Positions 1-11,982 of a stretch of DNA of 64,000 nucleotides are shown here, piece after piece. Numbering within the stretch: the stretch's first letter is position 1; the number at the start of each line of letters is the position of its first letter. Under the pieces are notes generated by a model. That model was not told where the DNA came from and did not search any database. It saw nothing but the letters and a program-made list of their open reading frames with translations. A program made the translations under genes and the position numbers. The DNA lies in the NCBI RefSeq assembly GCF_001194135.2, contig NC_069003.1:2575224-2639223 (forward strand), written 5' to 3'. This stretch comes from Octopus bimaculoides (Eukaryota).

Positions 1-224
1 CCTTCAATATCGTGTCGTTTACAGTCTTAGAAAAACAAGGATATGTTCGAACATGTGTTAATTATACGGTGCACTGTACCTAGATACCTAGAGTACGAGC
101 AGTATTGGTCACGGCTGGGGCGCGTTTGATCATATGGCTCAATAGGGGTTGCCGTGAAGCTAAGGAACAAGCCCCAACACAGCAATGGAAGTTGTTCTGT
201 TTGTATAACTATGGCAAGTAATTA

Positions 225-818
225 TTCTTTCTGCTAGAAGCACAAGGCCTCAAATTTTGGGGATAGGGACTACATTGAACCCCAGTGCATAACTGGTACT
301 TATTTAACGCATTTTGAAGATAGTTTATTAAAAAAAGGGATAACAAACATACGGAAGCGTTCAGGTAACCTTTATTGAAGTAAACAAACCAAATGCAACA
401 GTCCTTAAATGAGGACAGTGGGTTAAAATGGGTCAATGGACCCCCGAAAGGATGATAGGCAAAGTTGAGCTCGGCGGAATTTGGGTAATCTTCAAGTTTA
501 GGGGATAAAAAAAATAAATAAAAATATTCAAGGGAAGTAACTGAACGTCTTACCAGTATTCTCCGTACATCTCTGTTTATAAATAAATCACACACGTGAT
601 TTGATTGACGTTAGGGTTAGGGTGTGATTTATTTATAAACAGCTAGAAGAAAACGGATAATACTGGTAAGTCGTTCAGTTATTTCCCTTGAACATTTTTA
701 TTTACTTTTTTACCCCCCTAAACTTGAAGATTACCGGAATTTGAATTCAGAGCGTAGAGGCCGACGAAATGGCGCTAAGCATTTCGCCTGGCGCTCCAAC
801 GATTCTGCCAGCTCGCCG
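225..818 (-). mobile_element. SINE family A copy (tRNA-like head), interrupted by the MITE
   Basis: Reverse complement of the recurrent GGCGAGCTGGCAGAATCGTT...GTTCAAATTCCGCCGAG...GGCCTTGTGC consensus seen more than 10 times in the window. Confidence 0.75.
484..735. mobile_element. MITE with ~110 bp TIRs and 8-bp TSD, Merlin-like
   Basis: Ends GGTAATCTTCAAGTTTAGGGG...CCCCTAAACTTGAAGATTACC, arms ~484-593 and ~622-735. Perfect TSD GGAATTTG at 476-483 and 736-743. Inserted in a SINE whose sequence resumes across it. Confidence 0.8.
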
Positions 819-1344
819 CTTTTCCATAACTATGATATATTATTATAATAATAGTCGTTTTCTGATGTTTTGTTTTTGGTGTCGCCATGGCAGAATAAAG
901 CGAATTATAAATTGTTAATTAATATAATGCATTTTTGCTAAGGCTGTCAGCAGGAACAGTCGTTAGCTTACCGGACGAAATGCTGAGAGGCAATTCCACT
1001 GAGACCGACTTTGCATTTCATCTTTCGGCTTACACCCCCCACCCCGCGGAGCAAAAAAAAGTTGCTGGCCTTGTGCCGGAATTTTCAGCCATTTTCTTTT
1101 ATTCTTATACACAGGCAGGGCTGTGTAGTTGAGGGGTTTGTTTCATGACCATATGGTTTTGGGTTCAGTCCCAATGTGTGACAGCTGAGGCTAGCTTCTG
1201 CTATTATAGCCCCGGGTTAATTTAAACCTTGTCAGTGGATTTGGTGGACAGATACTGAAAGAGACCAATCCTATAAATACATACATATGTATGTGAAGGC
1301 TAGTGGCTTAGTGGTTGGGGTCAATCAGCACATGATCGTTAGGC

Positions 1345-1535
1345 CATCATTTGACTGCAGCCATGCTGGAGTACAGCCTTTACTCGAACATATCGACCCC
1401 AGGACTTATTCTTTGCAAGCCCAGGACTTATCCTGTCGGTTTTCTTTTGCCGAACCGCTAAGTTTCGGGGACATAATCACACCGACATCAGTTGTCAAGC
1501 GATGGTGGAGACCCACAGACACAATGACACACATA

Positions 1536-1574
<39 letters not shown>

Positions 1575-1717
1575 GACAGGCTTCTTTCAGTTTCCATCTA
1601 CCAAATCTACTCTCACAAGGCTTAGGTCAGCCCGAGGCTATAGTAGAAGACACTTGCTCAAGGGAGTGAACCTAGAACCATGTGGTTGGGAAGCAAACTT
1701 CTTACCACACAGCCACA
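1345..1717 (-). mobile_element. SINE family B copy with internal (TA)n
   Basis: Reverse complement of GGCTGTGTGGTAAG...GGTTCAGTCCC...AAAGCCTTGTGAGTGGATTTGGTAGA...CCAGCATGGCCGCAGTCAAATGA, which recurs throughout the window. Confidence 0.75.
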
Positions 1718-2339
1718 CCTGCGCCATCGTTATACGTTTCATTAAGATGGCGAGCTGGCAGAATCACTGACAAGATTGATTGTCAGAAAAATTCTGCCAA
1801 GATCGACTTTGCCTTTAATCCATTTTGAGGTCGAGAATATAAGTACCAGTTGCGTACTGGGGTCGATGTAACCAACATATGCATTTTAGTTGCACAACAC
1901 CAGCAGCCAGCCTCTTGTTATTGTTGTTTACGCTGTTGGTTAAACCATGAGACCCCAACACAAAAAAATAATCTTGTCTGATGCTGTCCGTATTAATGTC
2001 ACCCGTCACCAACTTCATGTTATATAATGGCGCACTGTCCAGGATGTAGTCTAGGTGGTCACAGAGGCCTCTGTGTCTTCCCTTGCTGCAACCTCCGTTA
2101 GGGTAGAGATCTGTGCAACTGTTATCGTGGCATTATTCATCATCATTTAACGCCTGCCTTCCATGCTGGCATGGGTTGGATGGTTTGACAAGAACTGGCC
2201 AAGCAGAAAACTGCACCAGACTGCACTGTGTCTGTTTTGGCATGGTTTTTATGGCTGGATGCCCTTCCCAGCACCAACCACCCCATGGGGTTGCATGTCT
2301 GTTGATAGACCTTTCTATGATAATCTGGTGGTTTACTGG

Positions 2340-3690
2340 CCTCTGGCTGATCGTTGCTCTTGTTGCATGACCACTCAAGATAATGCCCAGCCCCTTAGAT
2401 ATAATGATCTTCCTGACCAGAGTAGAGGACTGCTTTACCTCCATTATGCAGCCTTTGCTTGTCCAACATGCATTTCAACATTCCAGGTGGCCACTCTTGT
2501 GATGTGCTTGGCATTGAAGATCTGGCATTTTGAAAGACAAATGGTCTCTCAGCTGTAGCCTAACTCACCATAGATGTTCCAGCCGAGGCAGAGTCCCCTC
2601 GATGCCTGGTTTGAATGACTGGAATTTAGAACCAAAGAAAGGAACACTGAGAGGCACAGTGTAGACACAGGGGTGCATCAAGGATGTGCCATGGTCCCTT
2701 TTGTGTTTCTGTTGGTGATGGACTTCATCATTAAGAAGTCCATGGGAAATCCAACATAAAGCATCGAATAGAGGCAGAGAAGATATACACAGACCTCGAT
2801 TCCACAGATGAACAGAGACCCCTTAGCACCACATCTGCAGTTATGCAAGGCACAACTACCAGTCTAAACAACAGCAGCTCAAAGGCAGTTCTTTGAATCA
2901 ACATTATTGGTAAGAAAGGCGGCGAGCTGGACGAAATGCTTAGCAGTATTTCGTCTGTCTTTACGTTCTGAGTTCAAATTCCGCCGAGGTCGACTTTGCC
3001 TTTCATCCTTTCGGGATCGATTAAAAAAGTACCAGCTGCAGACTAGGGCTGATCTAATTGACTGCTCCCCCTCAAAAAAAAATTTCGGGCCTTGTGCCTA
3101 GAATAGAAAAGAATGCTTAGAGGTATTTTGTCTGTCTTTATGTTCTGAGTTCAAATTCCACAGAGGTCGACTTTGCCTTTCATCCTTTCAGGGGTTGATA
3201 AATTAAGTACCAGCTGCATACTAGGGCTGGTCTAATTGACTGGCCCCCTCCCACAAAATTTTGGGCTTTATGCCTAGAGTAGAAAAGAACATAATTGGTA
3301 AGAGACAGCAACGATAACTTGGGTTGGAGAATCAGACTCTGGAGATTCTTAATTCTTTTATTGCTAATGATGGTAACAGGGAAAGCAATGTGAAGAAAAG
3401 ACCGAGCCAAGTTCCAGCTGTCTTCTGGTGCTTGGAATCTGTATGGTACCATTCTTCTTCTGTCAACCAAGACTACAAATTCTACCTGGATATAGTGAAT
3501 ATAGCCATTATCCTGTCCAGCAGTGATTTATGCCTGAGAAACAAAAAAAGATCAACAGAATGAAAGAACTGCAAAGAACTTCCATAGACATAACCATTCT
3601 AAGAACTTCTAGGCACAACCATATCATGCATGAAGAAATTATGGAAAGGGTTGGATTGAGTACTTGAAGGAACACTGTTACCACGAAATG
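2340..3690 (+). mobile_element. Decayed RTE-clade LINE ORF fragment (RT and C-terminal region), split by a SINE dimer
   Basis: Remnant peptides VDTGVHQGCAMVPFVFLLVMDFII (cf. TGVRQGCxLSPxLF), YTDLDSTDE (cf. DLDFADD), ANDGNRESNVKKR, HEEIMERVGL. Many stops and frameshifts. Confidence 0.7.
2916..3293 (+). mobile_element. Head-to-tail dimer of SINE family A
   Basis: Copies at ~2916-3113 and ~3114-3290, flanked by one 10-bp direct repeat ATTGGTAAGA (2906-2915 and 3294-3303). Confidence 0.8.
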
Positions 3691-3691
3691 G

Positions 3692-4050
3692 TGTATGTAC
3701 TTGTGCTTGCAGTAGAATTCACCAGGGTTGAGTTGAACCGATTCTGACCAACGAGGTCACCACATCTCTCACGAATGACCACATCCAACAGCTGGCCAAA
3801 ATCAGGGCTGTAACGAATACCTACTCCTCGTTGCACTGCCAAAGACCATAGACATGGGGTCCAATTGTGCCTCCATGTCTCCCTTCACTTTCACCAGCCA
3901 CATCTTCAGGTGACCTCCAGCTCACCTGCACCAGCCTGGGAGGGGAGCTGGGTGGACTGCTTTGCGAATGAATTCCCATGGAAGGCTGACGGAGAGAAGG
4001 GCCAAACCACCTTTGATGTCTTGTGAGTAGAGCTTCTGGCAGCAACATTA
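3692..4050 (-). mobile_element. 3' end of an RTE-clade LINE with CAAGTA-like tail
   Basis: Minus strand encodes RHQRWFG...GPHVYGLWQ...SFVRDVV and ends GCACAAGTACA. The terminus is homologous to the + strand copy ending near 53340. Confidence 0.65.
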
Positions 4051-4258
4051 ATGTATTTCGGGGTTCAGTATGAAATCCAATGGAGGAACAAGCAACATTT
4101 TGACCATGTTTACATTCTGGGTTCATATTCCGCTAAATTAAACCTTGCTTTTCATCCTTTGGAGATCAACAAAATAAGTACGAGTCACGTACTGGGGTCA
4201 TGTTATCAACTATCCTGCCCCTTCAAAACTTCTGGACATGTGTCTATCGTAGGAAGGC

Positions 4259-4609
4259 TTATTACCTCTGCCCTAGTGAAGGCAGAGGTATTGTTTGCCT
4301 GTGGACAAGATATCTCAAGAACCACTGGATGGATTCGGATGAAACTTTCAGGGATGTTTGGCTTCATGACTGGCATGATCTGATCAGATTTTGGGATAAA
4401 TCCGGTACCAGTCAAGGATTCTGGATTATTTTTTCTGTGTTTTTTTACTTAATTTTCGAGAGCGGTCAGGTTCATTTTTTGTATTCTCGTTTGTGAGAGC
4501 AGTGAAGCTTATTTCAGATATTCTCATTTTAAAAATCATCTCTGGCTAATCGTTGAGAGGACGTTGGTGTTGCTTTGGCGGAGGTTTGCGCTCTTTGAGT
4601 GCTCTTGTT
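4259..4609 (+). mobile_element. Non-autonomous element with Helentron-associated (HINE/DINE-1-like) architecture
   Basis: 5' hairpin TACCTCTGCC (4263-4272) / GGCAGAGGTA (4281-4290), 3' subterminal inverted copy GGCGGAGGT (4577-4585), then stem-loop GCGCTC-TTT-GAGTGC (4588-4602) and a T-rich end. Confidence 0.55.
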
Positions 4610-4636
4610 ATTGTTATTATTATTATTATTATTATT

Positions 4637-4850
4637 AAGGTGGAAAATGGCAGAATTGTCAGCATGCTTCATGAAATGCTTAGCAGTGTTCCACCCGTTG
4701 CTATGTTCCGAGTTCAAATTCCACCATGGTCAACTTTGCCTTTCATCCTTTTGGGGTCAATAAATTAAGTACCAGTGAAACACTGGAGTCGATATAATCG
4801 GCTAGTCCCCTTCCCCTAAATGTCAGGCCTTGTGCCTTTAGTAGAAAGGA
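4637..4850 (+). mobile_element. SINE family A copy
   Basis: Matches the family consensus including B-box-like GAGTTCAAATTCC and an (ATT)n tail. Confidence 0.75.
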
Positions 4851-5716
4851 TTATTATTATTATTATTGTTGTTGTTGTTGTCATATATTGTATTGTCATC
4901 ATATTTGTTTATGAACCTCTGATTTTCAGTTTTTGTCTATCTTGCCTTTCTGGCTAAAAAAAAAAACAAAACATCGCTGTCATCACCACCACCGTCATCA
5001 TCAACCACTACATCAACAGCATCATCATCATCACCTTCACCACATCATCATTATTGCACTCACACCACAGAACCATCACCATCACTGTCATCACCACCAC
5101 CACCACCATTGTCATCATCACCTTCACATCATCATCATCATTAATGCCATCACACCACAGAACCATCATCATCATCATCACCACCACAACCACCACAGCG
5201 TCATCGTCATCACCACCACGTCATTGTCATCATTGTGATTGTTGGGACATTTAGATTCTTGCTAGACAAGATAAATTTAGACAGATCAAAGATTAATTAA
5301 GATAGTCTCACTAATTACTTTGTGTGTGCATGAGGGGGTGGGTGGGATGCTATGATTTTAATTAAAACTTATTGACTGACAAAGTTGCTGTCAGTACTGT
5401 TACACAAACACACCATTTTACTTCATTATCTTCCATCTTTTACTTGTTTCGGTCATTAGACTGTGGCCATGCTGGGGCACCACCTTGAAGAATTTTAAGT
5501 CAGAGCAATCAACCACAGTATGTATTTTTTTCTTTGCAAAGCCTGATACTTATTCCATTAGGTACTTTTGCCAAACTGTTAAGTCGCAGAGATGTAAACA
5601 GACCAACACCGGTCATCAAGCAGTGGTGGTGGTGGTGGGGGGCAAACACAGACACAATAACACACACACACACACACATATATATAAATTTGTTTGTGTA
5701 TATGTGTGTGTGTGAG

Positions 5717-5754
<38 letters not shown>

Positions 5755-5758
5755 CACG

Positions 5759-5860
<102 letters not shown>

Positions 5861-5869
5861 CATAGGTAC

Positions 5870-6023
5870 AGGAATGGCTGTGTGGTAAGAAGCTTGCTTC
5901 ACAACCACGTGGTTCCGGGTTCAGTCCCACTGCATGACACCTTGGGCTAGTGTTTTCTAAGATTGCCTCGAGTCAACCAAAGCCTAATGAGGCTTTGGTA
6001 GACGGAAACTGAAAGAAGCCTGT

Positions 6024-6060
<37 letters not shown>

Positions 6061-6170
6061 GTTTGTGTATCTGTTTGTACCCCCACCATCACTTGACAAC
6101 CAATGTTGGTGTGTTTATGTCCCCCATAACTTAGCAGTTTGGGAAAAAGAGACTGATAGAATAATTATTA
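5870..6170 (+). mobile_element. SINE family B copy (3' truncated)
   Basis: GGAATGGCTGTGTGGTAAGAAGCTTGC...GGTTCAGTCCCACTGC...GATAGAATAA. Confidence 0.7.
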
Positions 6171-6716
6171 GGCTTATGGTGATGATGAGACACACGCACA
6201 CACACACGTTTGTATACATCGACCCCAGTGCGTAACTGGTACTTATTTAATTGACCCCGAAAGGATGAAAGGCAAGGTCGACCTCGGCGGAATTTGAACT
6301 CAGAACGTAACAGCAGACGAAATACCGCTAAGATAAATAGACAGATAGATAAATAGATAGTTAGATAGATAGACGATGGGCTTTCAGTGTTCTTCTACGA
6401 AACCCACCCACAAGGCATCTACTTGGTCAGAAGCCACACAGTAGAAGACACTAGCCACAAGGTGTCACGCAGTGAGACCGAACCCACAACCAAGTGACTG
6501 GGAAGCAAACGTCTTGCCACACACCCACATATCAGTGGAGACCGGTTATTATAATCAAGGACAGTGTCATCAAACAGGGTTACTGTCATCAGAATTAGTG
6601 GGGTTTCAAACTGTTTTATTTGTTATGGATTATCTATCAGCTGGTTTCGCCTCCCTTTGCCATCACATAAGCGACCTCCACCACGTTACACACACACACA
6701 CGTATATGTATGTATG

Positions 6717-6921
6717 GTACTACTAAAGCATCACGGTCCCAAACGCGCAGTCGTGCGTCCGCGCTAGCTAGTCTTGAGTGGTCGATCCTAACCCTATCGC
6801 TAACCCTAATCCGCGTGTGCAAATGAATACGTGTTTAGGGTTAGGGTTAGGGTCGACCACTCACGACTAGCTAGCGCGGACGCACGACTGCGCGTTCGGG
6901 ACCGTGCTGCTTTAGTAGTAC
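6717..6921. mobile_element. CpG-rich palindromic MITE-like element with internal telomeric repeats
   Basis: 80-bp inverted arms (6717-6796 and 6842-6921) with 4 mismatches. Inner ends are CCCTAA and TTAGGG repeats. GTAC at both outer ends. Confidence 0.75.
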
Positions 6922-8621
6922 TTGTGTGTATGTATATATTTATATATATATATACACCGGGTTTATTGGGGAGGGGATATTTTAATCGGTCTCCTCGTGT
7001 TTATTGTTCTGTCAATTCGATCATCACCACCACCACCACCACTACCAACATGCCAACCATTTCCCCCCTTACAACACAATCATCTGCTTACGATCAAACA
7101 CAACCACCATCAGAGTCATACACCACACACACAGAGGCACACATACATATATATATACACAGCTATATATATACATATCTATTATATACACACTGAAATG
7201 TATATATTTACTCACTTGCTACGTGTTATGGCCGCCATTTCCATTTTGGTCTCACTCAGAACGAGGCTGGTCTGCATGTGCGCGCTCGCTTTCTTTTTTT
7301 CTTTTTGTTTTTTAATTCCTCTCTCTCTCTCTCTGTAATTACTCCAGCTTCTCCTCTTGTTCTTCTTCCCTCTCCTTCGATCCGCTCTACGTTTGTGTCT
7401 GTGCGCGTGCGTAAACGTGTGGATGTGTGTGTGTGGTTACGTACAGGCACTATATATACGCTCATATGCTGAGACACACAAACATACACACACACATATA
7501 CGCAAGCACACTACGGACCCTCCTATACATACACTCATAAACTGAGACACACACACACACACCAGTGATATTACACAAACACTTAAAGAGTGAGATCACA
7601 CACGCACTGCACAGATTTCCACTCACATACACTTTCTTATATCCTTATACACACACAAGACACATTTACACACAGAAGACATATGTTTATACACACACAC
7701 ACACAACACACATTTACATTTACAAGACACATACTCAGAATTTACCACACACACATCCTCACACGCCCACATCACACACATACAGAGACAGACTCTTGCA
7801 AAATGATGGTGCAAGCTTCAGTGCAATGGACCGACATGCTAGAAACAGCAGTCAAATCCCCCCCCCCCCCTCAGATAACACACTCTTGTGTGATGAAAAA
7901 GGAGGGTTACATTTGATAATGTAGTCCTAGATATACTATGCGTGAATTAAAAAAAAAAAAAGATAGGAGTGTCATGGCTGGAACGTCTTTGAACTGTGAT
8001 CTGCTGCAATAAAAATTCTTCTAAGTGGTCACTTTACATGCTAGAAACACAACCAACTCGTACAATAGTCTTAAGAAAGCGAAGGATACTCTGAATTATG
8101 TATTCTTAGATATACCATGGTTGAAAGAGCAGCATGGTCAACAGCTGGCATGTGTTTGATCGTAGGTTTGCTCAACCTGGTCTGCCCCTGGGCTAAACAA
8201 GGTCAGTTCCTTTCTGTCAAGTCAACAATGGCTATATGACTCCTGGAGGTTCCAAATAACCCCTGAGGGCTCCATAAGACTCCTGGGGGTTCCACATAAG
8301 CAAAGTAGTAAATTGGGGATCCACAGCAGACATTAGTATTTTTAGGGTCCAGGAAAAAATTTTGTACAAGTTGTATTCTTCCTTTTTTTTTTTTTGGACT
8401 ACACCTTTTCTGTTTTAAAACCCTTAAAATTTATTTTTGAGTGGGTTTTAAGGGTTGAAACAGATTAATTATATTTTAGTTAATTTCAATGAGGAAAATT
8501 GATTTGTAAAACGAGTTAATTGTAAAGACAAGCTCTCTCATGGAATGAATTAAACTCATACTGCAAGGTTATTACTGTATAATTAGGAATTATATAACAA
8601 AAAGAAAAAAAGCATGAAAAT

Positions 8622-8771
8622 CTGTGTGGTAAGTAGCTTGCTTATCAACCACATGGCTCCAGGTTCAGTCCCACTGCGTAGCACCTCGGGCAAGTGTTAT
8701 TTACTATAGCCTCAGGCCGACCAAAGCCTTGTCAGTGGATTTGGTAGATGGAAACTGAAAGAAGCCCGTTG

Positions 8772-8828
<57 letters not shown>

Positions 8829-9040
8829 TTGTGTGTCTGTGTTTGTCCCTCTAACTTCGCTTGACAACCGATACTGGTGTGCTTACGTCCCCGTTACTTA
8901 GCGGTTCAGCAAAAGAGACCGATAGAATAAGTACTTGGTTTACAAAGAATAAGTCCTGGGGTTGATTTGCTCGACTGAAGGCAGTGCTCCAGCATGGCCG
9001 CAGTCAAATGACTGATTCAAGTAAAAGTAAAAGTAAAAGT
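8622..9040 (+). mobile_element. Near full-length SINE family B copy
   Basis: Head through CCAGCATGGCCGCAGTCAAATGACTGA to a (GTAAAA)n tail. Confidence 0.8.
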
Positions 9041-9081
9041 ATATTGAAGAAGTATAACTGACTCATTCTTCTGTTCTTTGA

Positions 9082-9442
9082 CTCTTTTACTTGTTTCTGT
9101 CATTTGACTGTGGTCATGCTGGGGCACTGCCTTTAGTCAAACAAACTGACCCCAGGACCTCTAGGTTTCAGGGTTGTAAACACACCAGCATCAGTTGTCA
9201 AGCAATGGTGGGGCGACAAGCACAGACACACAAATACAATATGACCATCCCCAAGTACAACAACATATATATATATACGACAGGTTTCATTCAGTTTCCG
9301 TCTACCAAATCCTCTCACAAGGCTTTGGTCAGCCCGAGGCTATAGTAGAAGACACTTGCCCAAGGTCTCACGCAGTGGGACTGAACCCGGGACCATGTGG
9401 TTGTGTGGTTGGGAAGCAAGCATCTTACCACACAGCCATTCC
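9082..9442 (-). mobile_element. SINE family B copy, tail-to-tail with the 8622-9040 copy
   Basis: Reverse complement of the same consensus. Confidence 0.75.
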
Positions 9443-10778
9443 TTCGCTGTTAAATTTTTAACTACAATATCTTACATGGGCCCCCAGAGTTATCCGGACC
9501 CTGGTTGAGAACCTCTGATCTAAACATAGGTTCCTCCGTAACCACCAAACCACTGAACATAATACTCTATTAAAGGCCTTCTCCAAGTTGTAGTCAGAGG
9601 GGCGTCGATATGGCCCCATACTCTCTCAAATCCCTCTCTGCATCTCATCTAAGCAGTCGATTGAATATTTTGGTAAAATATTCTTTCCAAGTATATCAGA
9701 ATAAAACAAAGAGTTCATAATGATGGTAGCAAGTGATGGTGGTGGTGGTGGTGGTGGTGGTGGTGTGTGATGGGCCTAGGTAGATGTTTACCATAATGGA
9801 TGTTGAATATGTTTAATTAACCAAAAATATATATTAATTGGTGGCTATTGTACCACACTAATGAAAAATGATTCAATCAGTCACTCTTACATAACACCTA
9901 TATGACACATACACAAGCACACACACACACTCATTGACACATACCTACGCACACTCACATACACACACACACACATGTATATGTTTTATATTTTATTTTA
10001 CTGTGGTTTCAGTCCAAACACTGTGGTCATGCTGGGGCACTGCACTGAAGAATATTTTTTCAAATGGATCCACCCCATGCTTATTATTTTTTTAAGTCTG
10101 TTACTTATTCTATCAATCTCTTTTATTGCACCACTAAGTTACGGGGGATAATAAACACACCTATACCAGCTGTCAAGTGGGGGTCAAGGAACAAACACAG
10201 TTTGAGTGTGTGTGTGTCTGTGTGTCTGTGTGTGTGTGTGTGTGTCTGTGTGTGTGAGAGAGAGAGAAAGAATGTGTGTGAGTGTGTGTGTGTCTGTGCA
10301 TGTTTGTGTTAGTGCGTGAGTGTATGTGTGTGTATGTGTCTACGTGTGTTTGTGTGTGTACGCGTGTGAATGCGCACGAGAGTTTCCATCTCCCAGTTTC
10401 CATCTACCAAATCCACTCACATGGCTTTGGTCGACCCAGGGCTATTGTGGAAGACACTTGCCCAAGGTGGCACGCAGTGGGACTGAACCTGGAACCATGT
10501 GGTTGAGAAGGAAACTTCCTCCTATGACTGTACCAAGTGAAATCATAGACATAACCATTTCCAGTGTCATGTAAAATGCACCTGTGCCACTGGCACATAT
10601 GAAGCACCTGTTACCCTCAAGAAACCAGTGAGGGTCGGTGACAGGAAAACCTCCCAGCCATATGGAAGATTATCTACCTCAACAAATTCTAGCGGACCCG
10701 TGCAAGCATGGAAAAGCAGACTGTATTTCTGCTTCTCCACATGTCATCAGCAGCCTCAAGTCTCCAGCCTGAACTACT

Positions 10779-10846
<68 letters not shown>

Positions 10847-11230
10847 TTCATGAGCACGCAAACATATTCATTTCCTTGTTTCATATGACAGGTTAAGTGC
10901 ACTTGACAATTTGTCATAATTAGCGTTTGGCCTTCGCTGGGCGAAACGCTTTGTGGAATTTCTTCTGCTTCTCCATTCTGAGCTCAAGATCTGCTGAAGT
11001 TTGACCTCGCCTGTCCTCGTTCTGTGGCTGATAGGGTGTGGAGGTGGGGGTCAGTGTAATTCATTTCATCTCCTCTCACCTCTGAAATTACTGGCCTTGT
11101 GCTAAAATTTGAAACCACTGGTTGACGCTTAGGCTTGTAGACTTTGTGCTGTTTGGGTATTTCACATGCACTTTGACAATTCAGATGGTATCATATAGAT
11201 TTGATTGAAAATCAAACGCCTCTGGTGAAT

Positions 11231-11275
<45 letters not shown>

Positions 11276-11951
11276 ATGCATGCATGTATGTATGTATGTA
11301 TGTATGTATGTATGTATATAGTAGTTGGTTAAGTCGATTGATTGGCAGACAGACAGACACATAAATATACTGAGAGATAGATAGATAGATAGGTAGATAG
11401 ATACATATATACATACACACATACGTACATGCATGCATGCATGCATACGTACGTACATACACACATACATACATAATACATACACACACACACAAACATA
11501 CACGCACAAACATACATACATAATGTATACACACATGCATACACACACATACATACATACATACACACATACATGCCTAGGCATACGGGCCAACCGACAG
11601 ACGAATCGACATAGACTGTCAGATATAATGTCAACGTTTCTCTGTCTGTCTCTCTCTTTCTCACACACACACACACACACACACGCGCGCACATACACAC
11701 ACGCACACAACCAAATATGATACGGATGGTTTTATTTCACCATCACCAGCTTGGCAACGTGGTTTATTCACTTCACTGATCTAAACACTTCACACACACA
11801 CACACACACATAAACACACACACACACACATACACACACACATACACTCTCGTGCGCATTCACACGCGTACACACACAAACACACGTAGACACATACACT
11901 CACGCACTAACACAAACATGCACAGACACACACACACTCACACACATTCTT

Positions 11952-11982
<31 letters not shown>

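Noticed and set aside
4980-5235. His-rich protein gene
   Set aside because: (CAT/CAC)n microsatellite with an internal duplication; no splice or start context. Same for 12513-12745 and 60217-60345.
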